Positions 13,511 through 24,846 of a stretch of 64,000 bases of DNA are shown here, one piece after another (positions within the stretch are counted from its first letter, which is position 1; the number at the start of each line of letters is the position of its first letter). The position numbers and the translations under genes are program-made. Under the pieces are notes generated by a model. It was not told the origin of the DNA and searched no databases. It saw nothing but the letters and a program-made list of their open reading frames with translations. The stretch spans positions 145,074-209,073 of the forward strand of contig CAWGVS010000007.1 in NCBI GenBank assembly GCA_963826115.1, in the 5' to 3' direction. Origin of the DNA: an uncultured Candidatus Rokubacteria bacterium. GTDB lineage: Bacteria; Methylomirabilota; Methylomirabilia; Rokubacteriales; DASRDR01.

Positions 13511-13774
13511 CTATTCCAGCAGGCCGTAGACGATGGAAACGCCGGCGGGCGCCTCCTCGCGACGGACCAGGAACTCGACCAGCGGCGCCGTGCCCAGGAA
13601 CTGCACCTCTCCCGCGCCGGTCAGCCGCTCGCCGAACAGGCCGAGCCGCCGGTCCACCCGCTCGCGGATCGCGTGGGCCTCGAGCGCCGCGGGCGACTCG
13701 GTCGTGAAGGAGGCCCACTCGGGCTTCTGCCCGGTCTCCTCGGTCTTCCGATACGCGATGAAGTACTTGGGCAT
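13511..13774 (-). CDS. Hypothetical 87-aa protein between carA and carB
   Basis: Fills the carA-carB gap exactly; its TAG abuts the carB ATG; typical codon style. Confidence 0.75.
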   Translation of the reverse strand: MPKYFIAYRKTEETGQKPEWASFTTESPAALEAHAIRERVDRRLGLFGERLTGAGEVQFLGTAPLVEFLVRREEAPAGVSIVYGLLE

Positions 13775-13778
13775 TCCG

Positions 13779-14918
13779 TCACCTGCCTCTCGACTGCGTG
13801 AGGAGCTGGACGAACCGGCCGAACAGGTAGTGCGAGTCGTGCGGCCCCGGGGCCGCCTCGGGATGGTACTGGACGGAGAAGACGGGAAGCGTCCGGTGGC
13901 GCAGACCCTCGCACGTGCCGTCGTTCAGGTTCGTGTGGGTGACCTCGAAGCCGGCCGCCGCGGCCGACTCCGGGTCCACCGCGAACCCATGGTTCTGGGA
14001 GGTGATCTCCACCCGGCCCGTCGCGCCGTCCTTCACCGGGTGGTTCGCGCCATGGTGCCCGAAGGGCAGCTTGTAGGTCCGCGCCCCGAGCGCGAGCGCC
14101 ACGATCTGCTGGCCAAGACAGATCCCGAACGTCGGCAGTCCCCGCGCGGTCAACCGCCGCACCGACTCGCTGAGGTAGGGCACGCCCTCGGGGTCGCCGG
14201 GGCCATTGGCGAGGAAGAGCCCGTCGGGCGCGAGCGCGAGCACCTCGTCCGCCGACGCGAAGGCCGGCACGACGGTCACGCGGCAGCCCGCGGCCGTCAG
14301 CTGCCGGAGGATGTTCCGCTTGATCCCCGAGTCGTACGCGACCACGTGGAAGCGCGCGGGCGGCGCCGGCGCGTAGCCCTGCCCGAGGCGCCACTCCGCC
14401 TCGCGCCACTCGTAGGGCGCCGGGCACGTGACCTCCTTCACCAGGTCCCGCCCGACGAGCCCGGGCGAGGCCTTGGCCCGGGCGACGACGGCCCGCGCGT
14501 CGACGTCGCCCGTCGCGATCACGCCGTCCTGCGCCCCGCGGTCGCGGACGTGGCGGGTGAGCGCGCGGGTGTCGATCCCCTGGATCCCCACGATCCCGTG
14601 CGCCCGGAGGTACTCGTCGAGGGTCGCCGTCGCCCGCCAGGACGCCGCCACCGGCGACGCCTCGCGGACCACGAAGCCCTCCGCCCACGGGCGGCGCGAC
14701 TCCGGATCCTCGTCGTTGACGCCCGTGTTGCCGATGTGGGGGTAGGTCATGCAGACGATCTGGCCCTTGTACGACGGGTCCGTCAGGATCTCCTGGTAGC
14801 CGCTCATGGCGGTGTTGAACACGACCTCGCCCACCGCCTCGCCGCGGGCGCCGAGGGGCTCCCCCTCGAAGACCCGGCCGTCGGCCAGCGCCAGGATCGC
14901 GCGCGCTCGCCCCGTCAC
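13779..14918 (-). CDS. carA: Carbamoyl-phosphate synthase small subunit
   Basis: [46 protein letters not shown]. Confidence 0.98.
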   Translation of the reverse strand: MTGRARAILALADGRVFEGEPLGARGEAVGEVVFNTAMSGYQEILTDPSYKGQIVCMTYPHIGNTGVNDEDPESRRPWAEGFVVREASPVAASWRATATLDEYLRAHGIVGIQGIDTRALTRHVRDRGAQDGVIATGDVDARAVVARAKASPGLVGRDLVKEVTCPAPYEWREAEWRLGQGYAPAPPARFHVVAYDSGIKRNILRQLTAAGCRVTVVPAFASADEVLALAPDGLFLANGPGDPEGVPYLSESVRRLTARGLPTFGICLGQQIVALALGARTYKLPFGHHGANHPVKDGATGRVEITSQNHGFAVDPESAAAAGFEVTHTNLNDGTCEGLRHRTLPVFSVQYHPEAAPGPHDSHYLFGRFVQLLTQSRGR

Positions 14919-16219
14919 CGTCCGCCCTCGCCGCTCACCACGCCGTCCTTCATCACCACGCGTCCGCCCACGACGGTGAGCCAGGGCGCGCCGACGCAGG
15001 CGTGGCCGCCGAAGGGCGTGTTCCGCGCCTTCGAGCGGAACCGCGCCGGCTCGATGACGTGCTCGCGCGCGAGGTCCAGGACCGTCACGTCTCCCGGCGC
15101 GCCCGCGGTCAGGCTTCCCCCCGGCAACCCGAGCACGCGCGCCGGCCCCGCGGTGAGCCGCGCGACGAGCGTCGGGAGGTCGAGCACCCGCTCGCGCACC
15201 AGGTGCGTGAGGCAGAGCGCGACCGCCGTCTCGAGCCCCACGATACCGTTGGCGGCGTGGTCGAGCTCGACCTCCTTGTCGGTGAGGGCGTGGGGCGCGT
15301 GATCGGTCGCGATCGCGTCGAGGGTGCCGTCGGCGAGCGCCTCGCGGCACGCCTCCACGTCGCGCTTGGAGCGGAGCGGCGGTGCCATCTTCGCGTTGGC
15401 GTCGTACTGGCGGAGCGCCTCGTCGGTCAGGAGAAGGTGATGCGGCGTCACCTCGCCGGTCACCGGGACGCCGCGGCTCTTCGCCTCGCGCAGGAGCCGA
15501 ACCGCGGCCGCCGTGGACACGTGCGCGATGTGGACGGGGGTCCCGGTCAGCTCGGCGAGGGCGACGTCGCGGGCGACCATGATCTCCTCGGCCGCCGCCG
15601 GAATCCCGCGGAGCCCGAGGTCCGTCGACACGAAGCCTTCGTGCATCACGCCGCCCTCGCTGAGCGCCGCGTCCTCGGCGTGCGAGATGATCGGCCGGCC
15701 GAACGCCTGGGCGTACTCGAGCGCGCGGCGGAGGAGCGCCGAGTTCATGATCGGCTTCCCGTCGTCGGAGTAGGCGACGCAGCCCGCCTCGGCGAGCTCG
15801 CCGAGCTCCGCCATCTCGCGCCCGGCGAGGCCGCGGGTCACCGCGCCGATCGGATACACGCGTACGACGCCCCGGGCGCGCGCCTCGGCCAGGATGTAGT
15901 CCGTCACCGCGCGGGTGTCGTTGACGGGCTGCGTGTTGGCCATGCACGCCACCGCGGCGAACCCGCCCGCCGCCGCCGCGCGCGTGCCGGTCGCGATCGT
16001 CTCCTTGTACTCCTGGCCCGGCTCCCGGAGGTGGACGTGGATGTCGATGAACCCGGGCGCGATCACGCGACCGCCGGCGTCGATCGTCTCCGTCCCCGCC
16101 GGCGCCTCGAGCTTCGGCCCGACGCGGGCCACGCGGCCCGCTTGAACCAGCACGTCGCCGGGCGCGTCCAGGCCGTTGGCGGGATCGACGACGCGGCCGT
16201 TCCGGATCAGAAGGTCCAT
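14915..16219 (-). CDS. pyrC: Dihydroorotase
   Basis: [32 protein letters not shown]. Confidence 0.97.
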   Translation of the reverse strand: MDLLIRNGRVVDPANGLDAPGDVLVQAGRVARVGPKLEAPAGTETIDAGGRVIAPGFIDIHVHLREPGQEYKETIATGTRAAAAGGFAAVACMANTQPVNDTRAVTDYILAEARARGVVRVYPIGAVTRGLAGREMAELGELAEAGCVAYSDDGKPIMNSALLRRALEYAQAFGRPIISHAEDAALSEGGVMHEGFVSTDLGLRGIPAAAEEIMVARDVALAELTGTPVHIAHVSTAAAVRLLREAKSRGVPVTGEVTPHHLLLTDEALRQYDANAKMAPPLRSKRDVEACREALADGTLDAIATDHAPHALTDKEVELDHAANGIVGLETAVALCLTHLVRERVLDLPTLVARLTAGPARVLGLPGGSLTAGAPGDVTVLDLAREHVIEPARFRSKARNTPFGGHACVGAPWLTVVGGRVVMKDGVVSGEGGR

Positions 16220-16222
16220 CGC

Positions 16223-17155
16223 TCAGGCCTCCCCGCCCTTGGCGCCGATCAGGAGGTAGAGGACCGCCATCCGCACCGCGACCCCGTTGGCCACCTGCTC
16301 GAGGATCACCGAGTACGGCCCGTCGGCCACCTCCGGCGCCATCTCGACGCCGCGGTTCACGGGCCCGGGGTGCATGATCAGCACGTCGTCGCGCGCGCCG
16401 CGCAGCTTCTCCAGCGAGAGCCCGTAGAGGCGCGAGTACTCGCGGAGGGACGGGATGTAGTTCGCGGCCATGCGTTCGTGCTGGAGCCGCAGCATCATGA
16501 TCACGTCGACGTCCCGCACCGCGTCCTCGAGCCGTCGCGCGACCTTCACGCCCAGCTCCTCGACCCCGGGCGGGATCAGGGTCGGCGGCCCCGCCACCGT
16601 CACGCTCATCCCCATGGTCCGCATGGCGGCGATGTTGGAGCGGGCGACGCGGCTGTGCGCGATGTCGCCCACGATGGCGACCGAGAGGCCGTCGAGGTGC
16701 CCGCGCTTCTCCCGGATCGTCAGGAGGTCGAGCAGCGCCTGGGTGGGGTGCTCGTGCATGCCGTCGCCGGCGTTCACGATCGAGCACCGGAGGGCCCGCG
16801 CCAGCATGTGGGCGGCGCCGGACGCCGCGTGACGGATCACCACGCAGTCCGGGCTCATCGCCTGGATGTTCAGCGCGGTGTCGACCAGCGTCTCCCCCTT
16901 CACGACGCTCGAGGACGAGCCCGAGACGTTGATGACGTCGGCCGAGAGCCACTTGCCGGCGATCTCGAACGAGGTCCGGGTCCGCGTCGACGGCTCGAGG
17001 AAGAGGTTCACGACCGTCTTCCCGCGGAGCGCGGGGACCTTCTTGATCTCCCGCGACGCGATCTCCTTCATGGAGACGGCGGTGTCGAGGATCGTCTGGA
17101 TCTCGGCGGGCTCGAGGCCCCGGATCTCCAGCAGGTCCTTCCGTGTGAACCCCAT
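16223..17155 (-). CDS. pyrB: Aspartate carbamoyltransferase
   Basis: [35 protein letters not shown]. Confidence 0.98.
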   Translation of the reverse strand: MGFTRKDLLEIRGLEPAEIQTILDTAVSMKEIASREIKKVPALRGKTVVNLFLEPSTRTRTSFEIAGKWLSADVINVSGSSSSVVKGETLVDTALNIQAMSPDCVVIRHAASGAAHMLARALRCSIVNAGDGMHEHPTQALLDLLTIREKRGHLDGLSVAIVGDIAHSRVARSNIAAMRTMGMSVTVAGPPTLIPPGVEELGVKVARRLEDAVRDVDVIMMLRLQHERMAANYIPSLREYSRLYGLSLEKLRGARDDVLIMHPGPVNRGVEMAPEVADGPYSVILEQVANGVAVRMAVLYLLIGAKGGEA

Positions 17156-17164
17156 CGTGCCCTC

Positions 17165-17902
<738 letters not shown>

Positions 17903-17903
<1 letters not shown>

Positions 17904-18862
17904 TACCGTTCGCTCGGACTGTACGTCGGGCCTCCCGCCCTGTCAAGCGGCGGGCCCTCCGCGCGCGGCTCGGTGGACCACGGCGGGAACGCGAGGTACC
18001 GGCACTGGGCGGGAAATCGCCGCACGTATGCCTCGACCAGTGGCGCCAGCACCGCCTGGCACCGGGCTGCGTCGCGCGCGGGGTCGGGGTCCGGCTCCGG
18101 AAGCGGGGGGTGCACGACGATCACGTGCCGTTTGCCGTCGCGATGCGCGAGAACCGGGAGTGTCGGCGCCCGGCTCATCCGGCGGAGCGCGAGCCAGCCG
18201 CCGCGCACGACGAGGTCGCCGCCCGGGAGCGCGATCCGGAACGCCTCGCGGCCGAACGGCCCATCGGCCGAGAGAGAAACCAGCGCGCCGCCCCGCAGGA
18301 GCTCCAGCACTTGGTAGAGGCCAACCAGCCGGGCACGAGCCGATCCGCCTGGCAGGCGGACGGCCTCGCCGGCGGCGAGCGCCTCCGCCCAGCGCGGGTC
18401 GCGGGTGGACGCCTCGAGCCGGCCGGCGAGCCGGACCGGGTAGCCCAGGGCCCGTAGGCGGAACCAGGTCCGAGGCGAGCCTAGGTGGAACCCGAGGAGG
18501 ATCACGCCCCCGCCGGCCCCGGCGAGGTGCTCGGCTCCCTCGAGGACAACGCCGCGGCGAATGGCCGCCGTCGTCGACTCACCCAGGAACGCCTCCTCAG
18601 CGCAGAAACGTCCGTGGGTCGCGAGGGTCGCGAGGGCGAGACGCCAGGGGGGACCGGCCCGCCCAGGCTGGGCCGCCGCCCACACCGTGGCCTGGCGGAA
18701 CCGCGTGGGATGGACCAGTCCGTCGGCCATGGCCATGACCGCCAAGACCACCTCGCCGACCGGACGCGGGAGCGGACGGAGCAGTCGCACGAGCCTCCCG
18801 AGGCGGTGGGAGGTGTGGAACATCCCAGGCACGACGTGCCCGGGCAATTCCGGCGCGCTCAC
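17903..18862 (-). CDS. LpxL/LABLAT-family (lysophospholipid) acyltransferase
   Basis: VLEGAEHL...GGVILLGFHLGS, LSADGPFG, Q.....LEAYVRRFPAQC; GTG start coupled to the carrier-protein stop. Confidence 0.75.
17918..17946 (-). promoter_or_regulatory. Sigma70 promoter of the pyr operon
   Basis: TTGACA-17nt-TACAGT just upstream of the PyrR loop, inside the 3' end of the upstream gene. Confidence 0.75.
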
Positions 18863-19128
18863 GGACCGCCGCGCTTCGAGCGGACCAGCTCGGTGAGCGT
18901 CCCGAGGGTCTCCAGGGCCTCGCGCGTGAGGTCGCGGGTCGCGTCGAATACGATTTCGAACTCGGTCTCGCACGCCACGATCACCTCGAGCAGCTCCACC
19001 GAGTCGAGCCAGAAGCCCGCCTCCGAGAGCGGCGTGGCCGAGCCCGCGGGATGAGGGGTCCGCGCCGGACCCGCCACCCGCTCGACGAGCGCCCGCGTCG
19101 CCTCGAGCACCGGGTCGGTCGCGCTCAC
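18859..19128 (-). CDS. Acyl/aminoacyl carrier protein
   Basis: 89 aa, acidic, phosphopantetheine site WLDSVELLEVIVACETEF. Confidence 0.88.
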   Translation of the reverse strand: MSATDPVLEATRALVERVAGPARTPHPAGSATPLSEAGFWLDSVELLEVIVACETEFEIVFDATRDLTREALETLGTLTELVRSKRGGP

Positions 19129-20543
19129 CGAGCGGGCGCCCGCGCGAGGAGGCTGACGCACGCGAGACGGTCGGGCTTGCCGTTCGGCAGACGAGGCAGC
19201 GACGGGACGACCTCGAGCGCGCGGGGCCACGACCAGGGCGGGAGCTTGTCGGCCAGCCCGGTTCGCAGGGCCGCGACGGCCACCCCGGGCTCGCACTCGA
19301 TGACCGCGCCGAACGAGCGGCCGGCCGGGCCGTCCAGCGGGACCACGACCGCCCCGGTGACCCCCGTCATCTCGCCGAGGGTCGCGGCGACGGCGGCGAG
19401 GTTCACGAGCCGACCCTCGCGCGTGCGGATGCAGTCGTCCAGGCGTCCGGCCAGGACGAGGCGGCCGTCCTCCCGGAGGGCGCCAACGTCCCGGGTCGGC
19501 CACCACCCCTCCACCTGGACTGGACGCTCCACGGCCGGGGGGAACCCGTAGCCCGCCATGAGCCACGGCGTCCGGACCCAGATGCGGCCCGGCTCGCCCG
19601 GGGCCGCCCGGGCAGCGGGATCGTCCCCGATGCGCACCGCCACGCCGGACAGCGGCCGCCCGACTGTTTCCGGCCGGACCTCGGCGGCCGGACCGTCGTC
19701 GGAGGCGATGAACGCCGTCTCCGTGGACGAGTACGACTGGCGCAGCGGCACGCCGAACCGGGCGAGAAAGGCATCGCACACGGCACTCGGGACCAGGCTC
19801 GACACCAGGCAGAGGCGCGGCGCAACCGGGGGGCCGACGAGCGCGCAGCGCCCAAGCGCGTCGGCGAAGTGCAGCGATGCCCGCCAGCACGCGAACGCGG
19901 GCGAGGCGAGCGCGGCGAGCGCGGCGCGGTGATCGAGGGGATCGAGCAGGCCGAGCGCGCCGCCGAGCACCATCGACACGAGGAGGTAGTTGAGCCCCTG
20001 GGCCGAGGCGAGCGACGCGCCGATCAGCACGCCCTCGCCCGATCTCAGCGCGGCGGCCCGCGCCCGCGCTCCCGCGAGGAGAGCGGCCGTGGGCCGGTAG
20101 ACGGCCCTCGGCCCACCCGTGGAGCCCGAGGTGAAGAGGACCACTCCCGGCCCCGCCAAGGGCACGAACGGCGGGGCGTTCATCGCCGGGCCCTCACCTG
20201 GCTCGTGGAGCAGGAGGGGCGCGAGACCCGCCTCCTGGGCCGCGGAGGCGAGATGCCGCAGAGCGGGCGGCAGGATCAAGGGCGTGCCGTCGGGCACGGC
20301 CGGCGCGGTCCGCCAGGCGCGGACATCGGGCGGCAGCACCACCAGCGGGCCAGGGAGCGCGCTGAGCCCGACGAACAGCGCGACACCCTCCGCCGACGCC
20401 GGCAGCGCCGTCGCCACCAGCCCGCCCTGCTCCCCGAGCCGGCCGAGGACCTCTCCGCGCCACCGCCGCGCGAGCGCGTCCAGCTCGTCCGCCGACCACC
20501 AGCGACCGAGCGTGAACACGCGGGGCATCGTCAGCGGCGACAT
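19125..20543 (-). CDS. AMP-forming ligase (ANL superfamily)
   Basis: FTSGSTGGPR, QSYSSTET, TRDVG, GRLDD, LPRLPNGKPDR. Confidence 0.9.
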   Translation of the reverse strand: MSPLTMPRVFTLGRWWSADELDALARRWRGEVLGRLGEQGGLVATALPASAEGVALFVGLSALPGPLVVLPPDVRAWRTAPAVPDGTPLILPPALRHLASAAQEAGLAPLLLHEPGEGPAMNAPPFVPLAGPGVVLFTSGSTGGPRAVYRPTAALLAGARARAAALRSGEGVLIGASLASAQGLNYLLVSMVLGGALGLLDPLDHRAALAALASPAFACWRASLHFADALGRCALVGPPVAPRLCLVSSLVPSAVCDAFLARFGVPLRQSYSSTETAFIASDDGPAAEVRPETVGRPLSGVAVRIGDDPAARAAPGEPGRIWVRTPWLMAGYGFPPAVERPVQVEGWWPTRDVGALREDGRLVLAGRLDDCIRTREGRLVNLAAVAATLGEMTGVTGAVVVPLDGPAGRSFGAVIECEPGVAVAALRTGLADKLPPWSWPRALEVVPSLPRLPNGKPDRLACVSLLARAPAR

Positions 20544-20549
20544 GGGCGG

Positions 20550-20578
20550 ACTCTAAGGACGACGGGCGTTCGGGTCAA
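20550..20578 (-). promoter_or_regulatory. Sigma70 promoter, probably leaderless, for the ligase cassette
   Basis: TTGACC-17nt-TAGAGT-6nt-ATG. Confidence 0.65.
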
Positions 20579-21822
20579 GGCGCCGGCGCGTCCGCGCGTG
20601 GACCGCCGGTCACCCGGCCGCCCTTGACGACCAGGAAGCGCGCCGGCAGCCCTCCGACTGCCTCGGCGAGCGTGGTCGCGTCGAGGACCACCAGGTCGGC
20701 CGGGGCGCCGACGGCGAGTCCGCGGGCGTCCCGGCCGAGGATCCGGGCCGGCTCGGTCGTCACCATGTCGAGCGCCGCCGCCATGTCGGCCGCGCCGCCC
20801 ATGTGCGCGCCGACGACGAGGAGGTACGTCAGGAGCAGGGGGTCGGCGTTGCCCGCGGGCGTGAAGGCGTTCTGGACGTTGTTCGTGGCGGCCGCCACGG
20901 TCACCCCGGCGGCGAGGAGCCGCTTGATCGGCGTGAGCCCCCGGCGAACGTTCCGCGCGTCTCCGCGCCCCATGAGATAGAGGTCGGTCGCGGGCAATGT
21001 GATCACGGCGACCCCGGCCGCGTGGAGCCGGCGCGCGACCCGCGCCTGCTCGACGGCATCGCACGCCCCGAGCTCGGTGAGGTGGCCGACCGCGACGCGA
21101 CCCTGCCAGCCGTGCCGCTCCGTCCGGTCCACGATGGCCTCCACGTGACGGTGCACCGGCTCGTCGGCGAAGTCGGCGTGGAAGTCGGCGGCGCAGTCGA
21201 ACTCCCGCGCGAGGGCGAACACCCGGTCCACGTGCTCGGTGCCGTCCGTGTCGTTGTAGGGGCACCCACCGACCAGGTCGATACCGGCCCGGAGCGCCGC
21301 GCGCAGGAGGGGCTCGGTGCCCGGCGCCCGGAGGATCCCCTCCTGGGCGAAGGCGCAGAGCTGGAGGTCCAGGCGGTCTGCGTACTCGGCGCGGAGCGGC
21401 AGCACCGCCTCGACGCCGCGGAGGCCGACGATCGGATCGACCTCGACGTGGCCGCGCATCGCCGTCGTGCCCAGCGCCACCGCGTGGTCGAGCAGGCGCC
21501 GGGCCCGCGTCCGGATGTCGTCGACGGTGAAGGCGCGCTTGGCCTCGGCGGTGACGCGGATCGCCTCCGCCAGGGTGCCCTCGCGGCTCGGCGTGCGCGA
21601 GAGGAGGTACGCCTTGTCCAGGTGGACGTGGGCGTCCACGAAGCCGGGCACGACGAGCCGCCCCGCGGCGTCGATCCGCTGGCGCGCCGGTGTCCCGGCA
21701 AGGTCGCCGAGCGCCGCGATCCGCCCGCCGCGGACACCGACGTCGGCGAGCTCGCCGGCCGGCGCCGGCCGGCCCGCCGCCACGACGAGGTCGAAGGGCT
21801 CTCCGGAGTCCACCGGGCTCAC
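20575..21822 (-). CDS. Amidohydrolase, cytosine/creatinine deaminase (CodA)-like
   Basis: DAHVHLDK, GTTAMRGHVEVD, AFAQEG, FHADFADE, VGHLT. Confidence 0.88.
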   Translation of the reverse strand: MSPVDSGEPFDLVVAAGRPAPAGELADVGVRGGRIAALGDLAGTPARQRIDAAGRLVVPGFVDAHVHLDKAYLLSRTPSREGTLAEAIRVTAEAKRAFTVDDIRTRARRLLDHAVALGTTAMRGHVEVDPIVGLRGVEAVLPLRAEYADRLDLQLCAFAQEGILRAPGTEPLLRAALRAGIDLVGGCPYNDTDGTEHVDRVFALAREFDCAADFHADFADEPVHRHVEAIVDRTERHGWQGRVAVGHLTELGACDAVEQARVARRLHAAGVAVITLPATDLYLMGRGDARNVRRGLTPIKRLLAAGVTVAAATNNVQNAFTPAGNADPLLLTYLLVVGAHMGGAADMAAALDMVTTEPARILGRDARGLAVGAPADLVVLDATTLAEAVGGLPARFLVVKGGRVTGGPRADAPAP

Positions 21823-21878
21823 TGGCTGAGGATACGCGACCCCGCGCGCGGTGCCGAGCCACGCGCCACCCGGACACC

Positions 21879-21907
21879 TTGACGGGGCGATCTCCGGCGT
21901 CTAGCGT
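21879..21907 (+). promoter_or_regulatory. Sigma70-type promoter for the cNMP-SLC13 fusion gene
   Basis: TTGACG-17nt-TAGCGT. Confidence 0.55.
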
Positions 21908-21925
21908 ACCGGCCACGAGCTAGCC

Positions 21926-24445
21926 ATGGACGCGGTCGTCTCGACGCTCCGCACCGTGTCGCTCTTCGCCGACCTCCCGCGCGAGGTGCTGGCCCGCCTC
22001 GTGAGCGAGTTCGACGAGCTGGACGTCGCCGCCGGCGAGACGGTGTTCTCGCAGGGCGACCCCGGGGACGCGCTCTACGTCATCGTGAGCGGGGCCGTCG
22101 AGGTGCGCGGCGAGCGCGACGGCCGGAGCGAGCGCGTCGCCGTCCTCGGTCCCGGGGACTGTCTCGGCGAGATGGCGCTCGTCACGGGCGACCCGCGCTC
22201 GGCCTCGGTCGTGACGCTGTCGGCGACGCGGCTCCTCCGGCTCGACAAGGAGCGGTTCCGCGTCCTGTCGGACCGGCAGCCCGTCTTCCTCCGGGAGCTC
22301 GCGCGCGTGCTGTGCCGCCGCATCGCGCGGACGTCGGCGGACGTCGCCCACGCGCGCCGCGCCTACACGACCGTCTTCGACACGATCCTGGCCGGTGCCG
22401 AGCCCCCGGCCCGGCGCCTCCTCGACGTCCTGGCGGTGGCCAAGCGGGCCGACGCGGGGGTCCTGATCGCCACTCTCGGGGACGCCGGCCCAAGCATCGC
22501 GGCCGAGGTCGCCGCCCACCATCCTGCCCTGGTCTTCCGGGACGAGCGCGGGCGCTACGAGCTCCACCCCGAGTTCCGCGACCACGTCCGGCGGCGGCTC
22601 GGCGACGCGAACGGCGCCGACGGCACCCAGGACCTCCACGTCGCCCTCGCGACCGCGCACGGCGGCGGGGGCGCGTGGGCCAAGGGCGCGCGGCACTGGC
22701 TGGCCGCGGGCCGCTGGGACGAGGCGGCGCACGCGATCCGCAAGGCGCTGGCGTCCGGCACCCCGCCGACGGACGCGGAGCTCGAGACCTGGCTCGACCG
22801 CCTCCCCGAGGACGTGCTTCTCCAGGCCGACCTCGGTCCCGCGAAGGCGAGCCTCCTCGTCCGGACCGGACGCTCGGACGTCGCGGGGGCGCTCCTCGAG
22901 CGCGCGTTCTCGGGACGGCGGCTGGACGGCGACGCGCGCGACCGCCTGGTGCGGAGCCTGGGCACTCTCTACGCGCAGCGCGGTCGCCCTGGGGGCGGGG
23001 CGGGCGGCCCGGCCGGACCCGGCGCGCCGCGCGCCGCGGCGACGCGAAAGGGCGGCAGCGCCCGGTGGGCCATCGGCCTCGCGCTGGCGGTCGCGATCGG
23101 CGCCGTCGTGCTCTGGATCCCGCCGGCCGGGCTCGAGCCGCGCGCGGTCCGCTTCCTCGCGGTCCTTGCGGCGGGCACGGTGCTCTGGGCGTGGGGCAGC
23201 TTCCCCGACTACGTGGTCGCCCTCGGAATGGGCATGGCGTGGGTGCTCCTCCGCGTGGCGCCCACCGCAACCGCGTTCGGAGGGTTCGCGACGAGCACGT
23301 GGTTCCTGATGCTGGGCGTCCTCGGACTGGGGGCGGCCCTCGCCCGCTCGGGGCTGCTCTACCGGATCACGCTCGTCGCGGTGCGACGCTTCCCGCCCAC
23401 GTTCGTCGGGCAGACGGGCGCCCTCCTCAGCGCCGGCATCGTGTCGACCATCCTCATCCCCTCGGCCCAGGCACGGGTGACCTTCATGGGACCGGTGGTC
23501 CTCGGCCTGGCGGACACGCTCAAGTATCCGCCGCGAGGCCGGGGCAGCGCCGGGCTCGCAATGGCCGCCTTCACGGGCTTCAACCTGGCGACGACGCTCT
23601 TCCTCACCGGGACGACAACGTGCCTGCTCGCGTGGCGGGTCCTGCCCGAGGCGACGCGGGCTCAGGTGACCTGGCTCGCGTGGCTCCAGGCCGTCCTCGT
23701 GCTCGAGGCGGTCAGCCTGGGCGCCGCGCTCGCGTGGATCGCCTGGCGCTACCGGCCGGCGGGACCGACCCCGGTGCGGGCGACCCTGCTCCACGCCCAG
23801 CTCCAGATGCTCGGCCCGCCCTCGCGGGACGAGTGGATCACCGGGCTGGTCGCGCTCGCCGTCGTCGCCGGCTGGATCACGCAGCCGTGGCACGGGGTCG
23901 ATCCGGCGTGGCTCACGCTCGGGGCGCTCTGCCTGCTCCTGGCCATGCAGGTCCTCGACCGGGCGGCGCTCCAGGGCCAGGTCGACTGGGCGTTCCTGCT
24001 CTTCATGGGGATCGCCTTCAGCCTGGCCGACCTCGCCGCCCACGTCGGCGCGGACGCCTGGTTCGCGTTGCGCGCCCGCGCCGCGCTTGGCGACATCACG
24101 ACGCCGGCGGCGGCCGTGACCGCCGCGGTGCTGATCACCATCCTGGTGCGCTTCGCGCTCCCGTGGCAGACGGCGGTGCCGCTCCTGACCGTGGCCCTGA
24201 CGCCGTTCGTGGAGGCGGCGGGCGTGAGCCCGCTCATCGTGGCGCTGGTGGCGCTCAAGGCCGGGAACGTGTTCCTCCTGCCCCAGCAGAGCCCCACCTA
24301 CCTGACGCTCTACTACGGCACCGAGGAGCGGGCCTTCGGCCATCGCCAGGTGCGCCCGTTCGCGTGGCTGTACGCGGCGGCCGTCCTGGCCGGCTTCCTC
24401 CTGAGCCTCCCCTACTGGCGCGCGCTCGGACTGGTCACGGGCTGA
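21926..24445 (+). CDS. Fusion of cNMP-binding domain, MalT-like helical region and SLC13/DASS anion transporter
   Basis: N-term FSQGDPGDALYVIVSG...LGEMAL...PRSASV; middle YELHPEFRDHV...HWLAAGRWDEAA; C-term multi-TM with SGLLYRI, IPSAQAR, LFLTG, VDWAFLLF, LPQQS. Confidence 0.82.
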   Translation: MDAVVSTLRTVSLFADLPREVLARLVSEFDELDVAAGETVFSQGDPGDALYVIVSGAVEVRGERDGRSERVAVLGPGDCLGEMALVTGDPRSASVVTLSATRLLRLDKERFRVLSDRQPVFLRELARVLCRRIARTSADVAHARRAYTTVFDTILAGAEPPARRLLDVLAVAKRADAGVLIATLGDAGPSIAAEVAAHHPALVFRDERGRYELHPEFRDHVRRRLGDANGADGTQDLHVALATAHGGGGAWAKGARHWLAAGRWDEAAHAIRKALASGTPPTDAELETWLDRLPEDVLLQADLGPAKASLLVRTGRSDVAGALLERAFSGRRLDGDARDRLVRSLGTLYAQRGRPGGGAGGPAGPGAPRAAATRKGGSARWAIGLALAVAIGAVVLWIPPAGLEPRAVRFLAVLAAGTVLWAWGSFPDYVVALGMGMAWVLLRVAPTATAFGGFATSTWFLMLGVLGLGAALARSGLLYRITLVAVRRFPPTFVGQTGALLSAGIVSTILIPSAQARVTFMGPVVLGLADTLKYPPRGRGSAGLAMAAFTGFNLATTLFLTGTTTCLLAWRVLPEATRAQVTWLAWLQAVLVLEAVSLGAALAWIAWRYRPAGPTPVRATLLHAQLQMLGPPSRDEWITGLVALAVVAGWITQPWHGVDPAWLTLGALCLLLAMQVLDRAALQGQVDWAFLLFMGIAFSLADLAAHVGADAWFALRARAALGDITTPAAAVTAAVLITILVRFALPWQTAVPLLTVALTPFVEAAGVSPLIVALVALKAGNVFLLPQQSPTYLTLYYGTEERAFGHRQVRPFAWLYAAAVLAGFLLSLPYWRALGLVTG

Positions 24446-24457
24446 TCGCGCGTCCGC

Positions 24458-24820
24458 CTAGCCCGACCGGCCGAGCTCCTCGCGGATCTGGAAGGCGTAG
24501 CGCACCGACTTCATCGCGAGGCTCCCGCCCATGTAGAGGCCGATGTCGAGGGTCTCGGCGAACTCTGCGTCCGTGGCACCCTGGAGGAGCACCTCCTCCA
24601 CGCGGTGCTCGATTCATTCCCAGCAGTTCGTCGCCACCGCGACCGCGAGCGCGGTCAGCTCCTTGTGCTTCTTCGAGAGGGCGCCGTCGGCGAAGACCTC
24701 GCGCCCGAGCGTCTTCATGGACTTCGCGACCTTCATCGGCGAGCGCGCGATCGCGCCGTCGAGGTGGGCCCGCCGCGCCTGGCGGCCGGCCCGGTCGAGA
24801 TGCGGGGTGATGGGATCCAT
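24458..24820 (-). CDS. Carboxymuconolactone decarboxylase/AhpD-like selenoprotein (CxxU, UGA at 24614-24616)
   Basis: AAAGGAGG RBS; DGALSKKHKELTALAVAVATNCWE-UGA-IEHRVEEVLLQGATDAEFAETLDIGLYMGG; family-like sequence continues past the UGA to TAG at 24458. Confidence 0.85.
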
Positions 24821-24846
24821 CGGGAGCCTCCTTTCGGTGTCGTGCC

